The position numbers and the translations under genes are program-made. DNA of 63,510 nt, filler included, from Neolecta irregularis DAH-3 (Eukaryota), in the NCBI GenBank assembly GCA_001929475.1. It is 17 parts of 17 records of this genome, joined end to end, with 100 filler letters (N's around TTAATTAATTAA, not from the genome) between each part and the next. Parts side by side here need not be neighbours in the genome. Positions count along the whole stretch, not along the records: positions 24,461 to 25,674 come from LXFE01001887.1; positions 25,775 to 27,569 come from LXFE01001891.1; positions 27,670 to 36,767 come from LXFE01001894.1; 14 more parts are not named here. The stretch is one strand, 5' to 3'. Below the pieces are notes generated by a model. That model worked only from the letters and a program-made list of their open reading frames with translations. It searched no databases and was not told the origin of the DNA. Shown one piece after another: positions 24,461 through 36,867 of the stretch. How positions within the stretch are numbered: the first letter of the stretch is position 1; each line of letters begins with the position of its first letter.

Positions 24461-25674
24461 GAATTCTGATTTTCTAGAGAGTGTATCTGCCACGAGGTTT
24501 GCAGCTCCTGGGATGTACTCAACTTCAAAGGCCGAGAATTCTGCCATGAACTCTAGTATTCGAATCTGCTTTGGATTTAGTTTCGGTTATTTCATGATAT
24601 ACTGAAGTGCTTTGTGATTGGTCCGGATTATAAAACTGGCTCCATGTAACAATGGCCTAAATTTCTCTAGTGCTTTTCTTATCGCGAACAACTCCTTGTT
24701 ATGAGTTATCCAGTTCCTTTGATGCACGTCGAGTTTCTTCAACATGAACATGACCGGATATGCTAAATTGTCTGCCCCCACTTGCGACAGTACTGCTCCG
24801 ATGCCAATTGATGATGCGTCGCAGGTAACTACCGAAGGTTTGGATGGGTCATGTCATACTAGAACTGGAGGAGAGATTAATGCCTGTTTTAGTTTCTGGA
24901 ATGCAGTCCTTTGCTCTGCATCCTATTTCCATGTTTGATCTTTTCGAGTAAGTTCTGATAGGGGTGCTGAGATTGCTGTGAAGTTCGGAATGAAGCATTG
25001 ATAAACCCCTAGCATTCCCAAGAATGCTTGAGTTTCTTTGAGGTTTGTTGGCTCTTTCCATTCCGAAATCTCTGCAATCTTGGCATCTTGAGCTTCAATG
25101 CCCTTCTGTGATATCTTGAATCCCACCCACTCGATAACTTTCTTCTCGAATTCATATTTCTTCAATTTCGCGAAGAGTTTCTTCTCACGAAGTTGTTCAA
25201 GTATTGCCCGGACATCCTTAATGTGCTGACTCTGTGATTTGGAGAATATCAGTACATAATCCATGTAGACATTACAGCATCGTTCTAACCCAACCAATGC
25301 CCTATTCATCATCTGCATAAACATGGCTGGCACATTTGCCAAGCCAAATGGTAACACTTTAAATTCAAAGTGTCCTATCTTCGTCTTAAATGCTGAGGGG
25401 TATGGTGTCCAGGTGTAGTAGTTGCTGAAAATATCCCTATGCCAGGTTGAGTTTAGAGAACCAACCTGCATTACCGATCTGGTCCAACAGTTTGTCTATC
25501 CTTGGTAGAGCCATGTTATTTTTAAGAGTATTGCTATTAATATCACGATAGTCAATACACATGTGTAATTCGCCTGATTTCTTCTTGACGAATAGGCAAA
25601 CGGCACCATAAGGAGATGTACTATGCTGGATAAATCCCTTTTTTAGCAGACTTTGTACCTCTTCTCTCATTGCG
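24461..25674 (-). mobile_element. Decayed Ty3/Gypsy pol fragment (reverse transcriptase, RNase H)
   Basis: FVKKKSGELHMCIDYR; LPFGLANVPAMF; YMDY in place of YxDD; TCDASSIGIGAVL; KELFAI; frameshift near 25440 and several stops. Confidence 0.93.
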
Positions 25675-25774
25675 NNNNNNNNNNNNNNNNNNNNNNNNNN
25701 NNNNNNNNNNNNNNNNNNTTAATTAATTAANNNNNNNNNNNNNNNNNNNNNNNNNNNNNNNNNNNNNNNNNNNN

Positions 25775-26331
25775 GTGCTGCGTATAGTGTCAAATCCGAT
25801 GTCTGGTCCCTTGGGATTACGCTTCTGGAATTAGCGGTTGTTAAATTTCCTTTTGAGTTCCAAGGGATCTGGACCAATGGGTATTCTGGACTTGTTGCAA
25901 CGAATTGTCAATGAACCTGCGCCGACGTTGCCTAGAGGACAGTTCCCTAAAGAGCTGGAAGATTTAATTTCTAAATGTCTTATTAAAGCGCCTGCCTCTC
26001 GGCCTAGTCCGAAAGAGCTTTTTTGAAGAGCTTTTGGTAATGTCTCTAGAAAGTATTCAATTGAATCTACTCGAAGATCCATTCGTCGTCGATGCCAAAA
26101 ATAAAGATGTAGATTTAGCTGCATGGGCTGTTGGTTTANNNNNNNNNNCTAATTTCTAAATGTCTTATTAAAGCGCCTGCCTCTCGGCCTAGTCCGAAAG
26201 AGCTTTTGGTAATGTCTCTAGAAAGTATTCAATTGAATCTACAGGAAGATCCATTCGTCGTCGATGCCAAAAATAAAGATGTAGATTTAGCTGCATGGGC
26301 TGTTGGTTTACAAAAGAAATTGAAAAGATGA
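25775..26331 (+). CDS. MAP kinase kinase (Ste7/Byr1 type), 3' part
   Basis: YSVKSDVWSLGITLLELA..FP; MGILDLLQRIVNEPAPTLP; RPSPKELL|EDPFV; one apparent homopolymer frameshift and a duplicated overlap at the 10-N gap. Confidence 0.88.
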
Positions 26332-26400
26332 GGTTTTGGGGGGTTGCGGACTAGTTTTAAATTTCATCATTCAGGATGCATTTATTGTTATTCACAGTAA

Positions 26401-26528
26401 TTGATAAATTCAGAGATATTGCAATTCATCATTCAGAACATATTACTATTGATAAATTCATAGATAATCCAATTCATCATTCAGAACATATTACTATTGA
26501 TAAATTCAGAGATAATCCAATTCATCAG
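26401..26528 (+). repeat. 48-bp tandem repeat, about 2.7 copies
   Basis: TTGATAAATTCAGAGATA(T/A)T(G/C)CAATTCATCATTCAGAACATATTACTA units. Confidence 0.85.
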
Positions 26529-26643
26529 CCAATGAAAGAAAATATTTCACTACTCTCGTGACAAATTTACATGTGTTTTCTTTTTNNNNNNNNNNGATTC
26601 ATCAGCCAATGAAAGAAAATATTTCACTACTCTCGTGACAAAT

Positions 26644-27569
26644 TTACATGTGTTTTCTTTTTTTCGGTTCCAGATCTGAAAACGTATCACTGTCATCAAG
26701 CTTTCTCTTTCCGCCGTTTACACCCTGTTGAGAATCTGTTCCTGACGTTCCCGCCTCCAGATCGCTGGAAAATGTTGTAACACTGTCATCTGCAATCTTT
26801 CTGGTTACGCCCTCTTGAAAGCCTGTTTCTGAAGTCCACGTAATACTATTCAGTCTTTGAGAGTCAAAAGGAACTTCAGTATCGAGATCTTCTTGACGAA
26901 CCTTGTAAACCCATGATAATACCAACGTCATCATCTCCTGTATGGCCTTTGATGGAAGTGGGTTATTAAAAAGTTGATGCTTGTCATCGTATATTGCGCT
27001 CGCAATATGCCCGACTACTTCAATTGCCAATTTTCGCTGACGCTCAGGCGGAGATAATTCTTCAGGCGTGAACGTGACAATTTTCATCTTCTTAATGCCA
27101 TTTAGCAGCCTAACCTTATTTTGCCCTTTTGTAAGCTTAAGCAGCTCATCTGACCGCTCTATGTATATTTTAAAAGCCGTATCTGCCCTCTCTTTTGCTT
27201 GGGCAGCATTATCATCGGTTATGTATGTGATCTCATAATAAGAAGAGCGACCTGTTATTATCACATAGTGGCCTGAATCAAACGGAACGACCAACAGTCG
27301 AGAGGAAGGATCATTAGGTGAGACGGTAAATAAATACTCGTTGGAATAATACGAATGAGGTTCGTCTGCGACATAAAATCTGAGAAAAAGCAATACAAGT
27401 TGATAAAATGAAGTCGAAGATTGAGGATGTTCAACATTCCATAACTTGAGTGCGGAAATTAGTGGCTGTCGAGCAAGAATATCCGATCGTAAAGCAGTCA
27501 TAGGACTCGGGGGTATAGTAAAACGGCCGAATTCGTGACAAGCATAAAAGCAGAAGTTGAGAAATCCGT
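26644..27569 (-). CDS. Orphan protein paralogous to 7123-8435, 5'-truncated, with C-terminal bipartite NLS
   Basis: Frame open to the contig end; four collinear motif blocks shared with the 7123-8435 product; ends GKRKLDDSDTFSDLEPKKRKHM*. Confidence 0.7.
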
Positions 27570-27930
27570 NNNNNNNNNNNNNNNNNNNNNNNNNNNNNNN
27601 NNNNNNNNNNNNNTTAATTAATTAANNNNNNNNNNNNNNNNNNNNNNNNNNNNNNNNNNNNNNNNNNNNATGGAAAGGTCGATCGCGCTTTGAGGATGTC
27701 CTTGGTTCGTTTGCCGGTGGCGGTGGTTATCCGTCTCGGGTGGCTGTAGGGGTTCCGGGAATGCCCACATATACCAACTGCCATTTAATGAATGACAAAA
27801 TGTTTTATTCACGGCCTAATTTGAAGACTTTCATATGTCTAATTAGTCACTTTCATCCGCGCCAATCATCGTCATGAGTCTGGATCTAAGTGGCAAGTTA
27901 ATTTACATATGTTGAAGTATCGAAGCCCAG

Positions 27931-28074
27931 ATACGAATAAGACTAGGTTGTATTGTTTCTAGCCTAAGTATTGGCGACTTGGCTATGTATGAACCGCCTA
28001 TCTATATTAGATACTACAATTTAATTGCTGCAATATTAATGCAAGCCTTCCTTCCGTATTGGTAAGCGTGTGCC
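27931..28074 (-). repeat. Uninterrupted copy of the LTR-like repeat seen at 3032-3652
   Basis: Reverse complement shares GGCACACGC, ACCAATACGGAAGGAAGGCTT, AGCCAAGTCGCCAATACT and GTCTTATTCGTAT in order. Confidence 0.7.
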
Positions 28075-28336
28075 ATGGGTATACGCTTACATATGTCACG
28101 AAGCCTCCCACCCGGAGAAGTCGCTAATGGGACAATGGATTTCAACCACAAAGGGAGGAGTAATCTCAGACGAATTTTTTTCTTTCAAGTGTCTTAGATC
28201 AGTATTTCATGTCTCAGGCATGATCCTTTGGTTTACCAAAAGTAAATAAAATCATTCAGCCTGGCAGCATAACCTCCAATCAAACTCTTTGTTCTTCAAT
28301 CTTTTCGGCTGGTTCGATACTTGTTTTCTACAAATC

Positions 28337-28778
28337 ATGCATGTTAGACCTTCTACAGTTACTGTAGCGCTTCCTGAGTCTACACCTGATGAATCGTCTA
28401 TCCATCCCGGTGACGGTCTTTTTGTACCATCTCTCTTTCAAAAATCTACAAGTGGTACAAAACAGATAAACGACAGTGTCAAGTATATCCATTCAGAGTT
28501 ATAGTATGGGCTAAATCTATAGAAACACTATTTTGATACTAATTCTCATTGGGATCCCGGCAATACTATTAACTATATTCCTTGTTCGAAAGGTGTACAA
28601 CAAGCGAAAGAGAAGGCGCAACTTGCCACTGTACTCGCCCTCCGAGCCTGCTATGAAGCCGTTACCGATGCTAGATCATCTGAAGCGGATGTCGTTCCCG
28701 AGCGACTGGCCTTTTCCGGCAGAATCAAAAATTGAGAAAGGAGAAGAGGAAAGGAAACGGTGGGGCAGATGGATGTAA
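28337..28778 (+). CDS. Small single-pass membrane protein, hypothetical (1 intron)
   Basis: Intron about 28483-28522 joins the two ORFs; TM segment LILILIGIPAILLTIFLV followed by RKVYNKRKRRR and LPLY. Confidence 0.5.
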
Positions 28779-29013
28779 CGTAAACTACAATGGCTTAACA
28801 TTCCAGTGGGCTTGACATTTGTAAAATATATGGCTACCTGAAACAGTTTCAACATTGGAGCTATTCTACTTGTTCAAAGGCTTTTTCCTAGACCATGACC
28901 CCTTTAATCTATATTTTCACTTCGAATCGATTCAATGGAAAGTGTTTTGGAGCGAGCTAGAAGGTTCTCAATTTCTCTTTGATACCGCCAAGCCACGAAA
29001 AAGTTTTGTTGCA

Positions 29014-30130
29014 ATGACGACGCCGCTGCGCTTTTTCCATTGTTCATGTGTACCTCGTATTCTCACCAGATCAGTAGCTACTATAACTAGTAAGCCGATC
29101 CGCAAACCGTCCGCTCCAAAAGCCGACTCAAATGCTGAGGTGCTACCTCCTTTCAGACACAATTTATGATAGTATGTTCGGGTCTTTTCTACAGCAGAGG
29201 GATATCACTTAAAACAACTTCTTCAAAAGCTTCCTGGGTCAAAATATCTCGCTGAAGAGGTTTTATATCTGCAGGACTATCCATCAAAGCAATCGCTGTC
29301 GGGGAATCATTCAATTTCGCAACTCAATGAGATATTTATATTCAGTTCGGGTAGCGTGGTGACCTGGGGCCTATCTCCTTCAGAAGGCGACAGATTCGTT
29401 TCAGAGATGATAAGGATGCCAGAAATCGAGAAATCCCGATTTGAAGAGAGAGAAACAGAAGAGCTTCCCCTCGTAATCCAAGAGAACAAGTTTCCACACC
29501 ATACGTTGCTAGGACTAACTAAAAGATGTGCTCATATATCAAATGACAAAATCCATATCTCGCAGTCTACATCCACATTTGTCCGCCTAGCATATTCCCA
29601 AGGTCTTGCCCGATCAGCGAAACTAGCAGTCCTTGAAACTCGTCTTGAGAAATATCTCGAATCAGTATCAACAGTACCAAAATCTCTATCCCAAGGCAAA
29701 ATCAACTTTTCAAGAAAAGAAATTTTGATGAAAATTGGACAATTAATGGATTTCAGACAATCATTAAACTATAATGAGCATAATTTTTTGGAATTGCCCG
29801 AAATCTATTGGAACAATCCTGAACTTGAAAGTATTTCTCTCACACATATCTAAACTCATGGCTATAGAATACTTTGAAGAAATGGCACAAGCGTTGGATA
29901 TATACCCACGCATTCGGATATTTAATACGAAGATTAATTACGCAAGTGAAGTGCAGAGTACACTACGAGAAGTATTAAATGAGAACACCGGGCACCGATT
30001 GGAATGGATTATCATATGGTTGATCGCAGTAGAGGTTCTTTTGGCACTGGGTAGACATTGGGACGAATATACGGAACAGGAGCTAAAAGAGGCCAAAGTC
30101 TCAAATAACATTGAAACCATGAATACATGA
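29014..30130 (+). CDS. RMD1/DUF155 family protein (MRX10/RMND1-like), likely mitochondrial, 3 introns
   Basis: STAEGYHL; IFIFSSGSVVTWG; AYSQGLARSAKL; LELPEIYW; LDIYPRIRIFNTKINY; RLEWIIIWLIAVEV. Confidence 0.88.
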
Positions 30131-30755
30131 TGTAAACAGTTTCTATGTCACTGTCCAGAATACAAATAAAAGAGGCGTCGATCTATTTGGATTATTCTGC
30201 ATGTTAGGCTATTAATCGTACTCGTATCACGCTCCAATATACTTTCATCGTTCGTTCATTTTTCTGAGCTTCCTTTGTGGGTATTACCTAGGTAGTTAGA
30301 TCCTAGCCTTCTTGTTTTCCGTCTTACAACAAAGATAGGTTTTAGTTGAAGATACGGAAGATACAGAAGGGTGCAACTCGAGACCCGAAAGGGAATTTGA
30401 AGATTTTGCAGGCTCCACAGCTCGGCATCAAATACTAAAAACGTCGACATTTTAAGCAACAAGCTGGGAAGTATAATGTCAAAGACACTTGTATCATCCA
30501 AACACTGCACGTTTAATGTGCAGTAGAATTATATCGGTAAGATTTCCGAGCACTGGTTGAGGTTGGTAAATGCCATATAAGAGAAGTCATAGATATATTG
30601 AATGGATCGAGATTCAATTACTCAGATCCTTGGATACTATGTAAAACTGCTCTTTTCCATTGATTTTGATATGGAGGAAATATAAAGTTCACCTCGAGAA
30701 AAATATTTCCCGATTCTCAAATACCTCCTCCGTTACCCGAATTTTCCAGTTAACC

Positions 30756-31866
30756 ATGCCTTCCCCCAAACTTCAATTCCAGACAAAGAAATATCATAAA
30801 AAAGCCCTTGTTGCAGAATCAGAGGATTTGATGAAGCAAATCGAGAAACCTGCCACAAGATCGTTACTGGATCTGGATCAGGCAATATAAAGATTTCTTT
30901 GATTAGAGCTAACTTGTAGACTGCAAGAGCTACCAAGGCACTTCTTTCTCATCTCAAGAAACAGCCAGTCAAAGTGTCGAAAAGCTTATTGGAACTAGAG
31001 GCTGGTATTCCGATTTATCTGGTGTTATCAACGAAAAAATTCATAAGTGACGAAAAGAAATTGAAACCTCAAAAAATGTTGATATCTGCCCTTCGTAGCA
31101 CGGCTGACTTTCTAGTGTCATCCCTCATCCTATTCTTCCAGATTCTTCATCAATTTGTCTAATAACAAAAGACCCTCAACGAACGTACAAAGACCTCACT
31201 GCCTCAATACCAGAAATCATACGAGTGATCGGAATTTCAAAACTCAAGGCTGGAAAATGGAAGGGTTACGAACAACGCCGTCAACTCCGTGACACTCATG
31301 ATCTTTTCCTCGCGGACGATAGAATAGTTCGTTTTCTGCCTTCGTTATTAGGAAAAGTATTTATCGAGAAGAAGAAATTGCCGATACCTATTGATATTTC
31401 GAAAGAAAAGAAAATCTATTCAGAAATTAAAAAGGCGCTTAGTTCTACTTTATTGATTTTATCCCAAGGAAATTGTACAAGTGTGAGGGTTGGACACACA
31501 GGACTTACAGCGGACCACATTAAAGAGAACATAGAAGCGGTCGTGCAGCACTTGATTTCCAAGGTGGTATCAAAAGGATGGGAAGGCATTCGCAGTCTTC
31601 ATTTGAAGTCTCCAGAAAGCACTAGTTTGCCTATCCACGTTGCTGAAAAATTATACGGAGATGAAGACATACTGATTTCTGAGAATAAGAAACGACCCAC
31701 CGAAGGTGTTGAACCTGATAGTATACCTAAGAAAAAACTAAAAAGCACAAAGAAAGCCGGCGAGGATATTGAAGCCGTTGAGAAAACGATTAGTGGGAAG
31801 AAGGAAAAAAATGTAAAGTCGAAAAAGGTTACTGCAGCGAAACCAGTAAATTTGGTAGCTGTGTAA
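30756..31866 (+). CDS. UTP30: Ribosomal L1-domain nucleolar protein (Utp30/RSL1D1), 2 introns
   Basis: ICLITKDPQRTYK; HDLFLADDRIVRFLPSLLGKVF; IRSLHLKSPESTSLPI; first intron is GC-AG at 30882-30919. Confidence 0.88.
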
Positions 31867-31956
31867 TTGCCAAAAAATCAATTTCTCACTCACTTACAAT
31901 AAATCCAATGTTCTTCCCTTATGTATCCGAATTTTTCAATTATCGAGCTCGCCCTC

Positions 31957-33184
31957 TTAAATCAAGAACACTCTCTGCCCATTGCTCTCTTTGCGCCTTG
32001 CTGGATCTGATTTTTCAAGACGATCACGATCGTCATCTTCACCATAGCTTACACCTTCATTTGCCGGTCGGAAATAACGTTCAATAACATCAACAAGATC
32101 TTTATCAGCGAATCGCATCTAATAAATCAGTCACCAATAGCATGTTGGAATGTACATGATCACCTGGAAATCCAACAAACTCGAGACCGGCTTTTGAGTC
32201 AAGAGCTTTTAAACCAAGCCAATCCTGTCTGTACATTTGGGTATATTTTACAGGCAATAGCTTTCCAGTCTTGACGTCATACGACTGAAACCACTATGGA
32301 TATTAGATAAACATGACAGAATGATGTCAGGATATACTGAGGATTCTTTTGGCACCAGCATTGTATCATTCCGGAATACAATCATTACAAATCGATCAAG
32401 AGACGCGATATTCTTCGAATAGGTTCGGTTTTTATCCGCATATTCGTTATTGATATCTGCAAGAAAATCATTGTATTCGAGATACTTGTCATATTCTTCT
32501 GGGTTCTACGCATGATAAGCAATTGCATTGAAGCCTCCTATACCCGATAATACTGCGCTTGGACAATGTTTTTTCTCGCCCATCCACTATAGACACCAAA
32601 TTTTATGACTCGATGAACTTGCTGGCATACAAAATCGTCAGCAGAGCAAGGTGGTAGATCTGAAATTCCGTAATGGGGAGAGCCCCAGGTAACGAGATTC
32701 CGGACTGGTGGCTGGTTACACCTCTGAGCGTAGGCTCTGTTCTTGTAAGACACCAAAGTCGAATTATCGATAACCGTAGAAACAAGCCACCTTGGCTGAA
32801 CCCCATTGCATCAAAGCCTTGGGAGAGTTCTGGAATCGAGGAGATCTGTTGGCATACAAATTCAACCTGCTTTTTGAGTTTTATTTTCATTTGATAGGGT
32901 TCCAACCTGATCGTTAACGTATCCAAAGTAGCCTGCATTTTGATCCTTTTGAAGATCCTCGTTTAAATAGACAGAGTGTACGAATGTGCCGGGGTTTGTT
33001 TCTTTAATTATCGAGGCTACTCTCTGCATGCCCTTTGAATCATAACTATCTAGACTACTTAACGAAAGATAATCAGGACAAACATGCCTCCCATCCCATG
33101 CCAAAGAACAACTGGAAGCGGCTTATATGCCAATGCCGGTGAATGCAGAAGAAACCAAGAAAGGAATCTCCATTGGTTTACCAT
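31957..33184 (-). CDS. PPT1: Palmitoyl-protein thioesterase 1, 6 introns
   Basis: Signal peptide; PVVLWHGMG|DS; GFSQGGLFLR; NLVTWGSPHYG; VQAQYYR; PGDH|M; first intron is GC-AG at 33087-33050. Confidence 0.92.
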
Positions 33185-33601
33185 TTGGAAACGAGGTGTA
33201 GTTGAACCTCCACCAGAAGATCATGACTAGATCACCTCAAGCGAACACTCACTATGCAAAATTTCAAGAATGAACAATTTCGAGTATTTCAATTAGAAAA
33301 ATTTCGCATTAAAATACAAACGAACGACTCCAGTCTCAAAATTCGAAGTAGAAGCAGAGCAGTGTCTTAAGCCGAAGTCATTTGCCGGCTGGCATAGATA
33401 TCTAGGGAAGATAATGATTTCTTTGCGATACTTTCCATCCTGGCAGGTTTCAAAAGTCGCCCTACGAAGTATTCCGATCGGTTAGGCCTATTCAACATAG
33501 GCGATGAAATACTATTAAACGACTTGTAGCAGAAGACAATAATTTCTTTTTACATTATAGTACCGCATAATAATAATTCAACACCGTTGGTACAGTCAAT
33601 A

Positions 33602-34742
33602 TCACTTGTCGGTCCCTTCAAATGCTTGTTCAACTGCTTGAACATTTTTTATTGAGACTGTATCCTGCTTCCCAACCATTTCCTCGGCTCTGTCGCCTTT
33701 AACATCAGAGAGATCAGTTTTGTTTGCCTTATTCCTGTCCTTTGGCCAAACCTGATCCCAATAAATCTCTACGTGGGCGAAGAGTTTCTTGCCACGTTTC
33801 TGGGTGCCCTTAAATCCATCACAATCCTCCCACTTGATTATCATGGGAGATTCTTCAAACCATGGATTGAACCAGAATCGAGTAGTAGATATCGTCACAT
33901 AGGCAGTTGTTTTCCATAAGGACACGCAAACATCGCCCTTGATTCGGAGATGGGATGTCGGTCGGTACGAAAAGTGACTTTTTGGGGTCTGATTTTTCCG
34001 TCAGCTGGTGCAAACCGAAAACAGCGAACCGACTTGACTCCCAAAGTCTCGACATCATCGACCATAAGACCATTCTCAATATACCGACTGATAAGGCATT
34101 GAATTCCTTTTTCAGTCCCGTGTACACATACCTCTTTGATATTGACCTCTGTCTCCTCGTAGCGCTTTTGGTCTTTCACCCAGCGTTCAGCATATCCAAC
34201 CCAGCGGACTTGGCTAGGAATGCTAACTCCACGACCATACTTCATTCGCTTTTCCGTAAAATATTCCAACGCTTGTGTCGCAGTCCATCCTTGGTTTATA
34301 AGATAATAGCAGGATACACTTCCAGAACGGCCTTTCCCGGCCTTGCAATGCAGAACTGCTATTGCTTCTTTCGAAGAAGCAATATGCGAGTGTATCTCGG
34401 TAACAAGGGGATGGATTAGAGCGAAAGGAGGCGGATAATGATCTGGCCATTGGAAGTGAGAGACTATTGATCAAAACAGGGATACTGGCCCAAACCTCGA
34501 TTATCCATATCGTTATTCGTATAGCCTGCACCCTCTGCCATAAATTCCCAGATCCACCACTGATTAGGATGTCTTGTATCCAGAAAGCTCCTCACATCTC
34601 CAATTGAATTTCTGTAGATCGACTTAGGCCATGCAGCAGGCATTGACATTACGATTATCTGAGGAGTAATATATGCTAAGTCAAGAGAAACATGATCTTC
34701 TGTATGCCTTATACGTGGATGCGCGATTAAGGAACGGATCAT
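33602..34742 (-). CDS. PTEN: PTEN/Tep1 phosphoinositide 3-phosphatase, 2 introns
   Basis: LDLAYITPQIIVMSMPA; WPDHYPPPF; LHCKAGKGRSG catalytic loop; GVSIPSQVRW; FWFN. Start uncertain. Confidence 0.92.
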
Positions 34743-35036
34743 CAAAAAGGTGGAGAGTGCTGTTATTAGGTCACCACACCATTCAACCACCACCATCCCA
34801 TCAGTTCTCGCCACTTTTGTTCCCTTTGGGTCACGTATCACTAGCGATTTTATCCCGAGTTCGGCTAAGAGTTATATATCTCGTCGTTCAATTTACTTAA
34901 TCAACTGAGATCAAAAAGAAAGGTCTCTTAAATCTTCCTGCCACCCTTAAACTGCGTCTGCCTTCCTTGAAATTGCTGGCTTTCGATTGTTTCATTGCAC
35001 TGTATCTGTATCTCCCGCTCCATTATACAACACGAA

Positions 35037-36533
35037 ATGGCCACGAGGTCATATAATCCACTAGTGGAGTACGAAAAAATTATTAATCTTCATCAAAAAA
35101 TCCAGGATGGCAGTCACACAAGATTCTTCCGGTTTTCCTGCCCAGTTTCGCAACAGAACCAATCGACTGCGCAGTCACCAACTCCCATCTCTCATCCGCC
35201 GAATGTAGAGGAGGAGAAGACTAGACTGGAGAAATTGCTGAGAACCACTCTCGAAAGAAAGAAAGCAGAAAAAGAGGCTGCCAATGCTCAAGCTCTTTTA
35301 GAAGAAAAGAAACGAAGGAAGAAAGAGAAGAGAGACCGGAAAAAAACTCGCAATTTAAGCCATATATCTACATTGTCTACTTTCTCATCAGCTTCTAATA
35401 TTTCGAGCAATCCTTCCCAAGTAATCACTATTTCAAGCTCGCCTGTGGATCCTTCAGTCAGTGCTCAGACCGACATGACTGCACATGGTACACCTGCTGC
35501 AAGTCTTTCCGAATTCCCAGTAGTTGAAAAGACTACTGGGTTTTCAATACCATCGATCCCAAGTAAGACTCCCGTGCTGGAGACTATTCAACGAACATCA
35601 CCAAGTTTATCGGCACCCACAAACTCAAGTAACCGAATTCTGCGAGCTAGTGAGGGGTGTCCTTCCGACCAAGCAGTATCAGAAATTCGAGCAGAGCACT
35701 TAGATAGCCCGAAATTGAACCTGGATCACATTCCAGCGAACAATAGATTATATCCTCGCATCTCGACCGATATAAATACCTTTTCCCAAATCAGACCTGA
35801 GCCGCTCCAGCATGTTCTGTTGGAAGAGGGTGAAGTCAGTCCCTCGGTCCCGCCAAACTTTACCATTATCAATCCACGTAAACCTTCGGGTGCACAGCAG
35901 AGAAAGGCTGCCAAATTGCGAAGACAACAGACTTCTTTCGTAAACGATCGACTACTACCAGGGGGTAACTTGAGGAAAACAAGTTCTGATACAATTTATC
36001 GACCACCATATTCTCCCCCTCGTTATATCAAAGAAGAATTCTCGCCACGAACCCTGGAATTCAATGGCGATGCTCCTCGTCCTCCCTATGATTTTCGAAT
36101 CTCTGATCCAGGATATCGAAGTCCTCCTCGTCGCTTTACCGATTATGACCGTAGACCAATTGAGATGGATCGTTTCCGTCCTACTCCGGTGGATTTCGAC
36201 TGTCGACTTAGTGAGTTAGAAAATGACAGACCTGTTCCTTGTTTTAATACTCATCCATATTTTGAGGAAAGAATGGTGTTACCACCCTATCATCGTCGGC
36301 TCGTATATCCCCGCTCTTCACCTCCTGTACGTGGAATCCAAGATCCTCGTTCTGTTAGCCCTTATCACGGCCCACCCGCTACTCCTCCCGTCTACTACCG
36401 AGAACCGGCATTACGGATTGGAGATTTTGAGCCCTCAAGATTTTATACTAATGATAGGTCTGTTAGTTATGAAAATCCGGTCTTGGATGCAAGATATCGG
36501 AGGCCTGTGCCGGACATACCTCGAAGGTATTGA
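35037..36533 (+). CDS. Hypothetical low-complexity protein (coiled coil, Ser-rich, Arg/Pro/Tyr-rich tail)
   Basis: Uninterrupted ORF of about 500 aa with KKRRKKEKRDRKK; no family recognised. Confidence 0.7.
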   Translation: MATRSYNPLVEYEKIINLHQKIQDGSHTRFFRFSCPVSQQNQSTAQSPTPISHPPNVEEEKTRLEKLLRTTLERKKAEKEAANAQALLEEKKRRKKEKRDRKKTRNLSHISTLSTFSSASNISSNPSQVITISSSPVDPSVSAQTDMTAHGTPAASLSEFPVVEKTTGFSIPSIPSKTPVLETIQRTSPSLSAPTNSSNRILRASEGCPSDQAVSEIRAEHLDSPKLNLDHIPANNRLYPRISTDINTFSQIRPEPLQHVLLEEGEVSPSVPPNFTIINPRKPSGAQQRKAAKLRRQQTSFVNDRLLPGGNLRKTSSDTIYRPPYSPPRYIKEEFSPRTLEFNGDAPRPPYDFRISDPGYRSPPRRFTDYDRRPIEMDRFRPTPVDFDCRLSELENDRPVPCFNTHPYFEERMVLPPYHRRLVYPRSSPPVRGIQDPRSVSPYHGPPATPPVYYREPALRIGDFEPSRFYTNDRSVSYENPVLDARYRRPVPDIPRRY

Positions 36534-36867
36534 TTATGTGGACACACGATGTCATAAGATCCACTAGTGTTTGGGACGAGTATTTTGTATATACTCATCC
36601 CTGGATGATTACAAATTCATATCATTTCGCATCTTGATGACTTATTTTATCACCAATGTATTTTGGCAGGCCCATGAGTGGATAAAATGCCTAATAACAG
36701 TAAGGCTGCGTTTGGTTCGCACTAAATTTCATAAAATGTGGCTTTTAACAAATTGGAATTTCAGGCGNNNNNNNNNNNNNNNNNNNNNNNNNNNNNNNNN
36801 NNNNNNNNNNNTTAATTAATTAANNNNNNNNNNNNNNNNNNNNNNNNNNNNNNNNNNNNNNNNNNNN

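Noticed and set aside
25849-25856. Frameshift in the MAPKK suggesting a pseudogene or programmed shift
   Set aside because: One extra T in a homopolymer near a low-quality contig end; likely sequencing error.
31957-33184. PPT1-dolichyl pyrophosphatase fusion as in S. pombe pdf1
   Set aside because: The frame stops at 31957 with no PAP2 domain.
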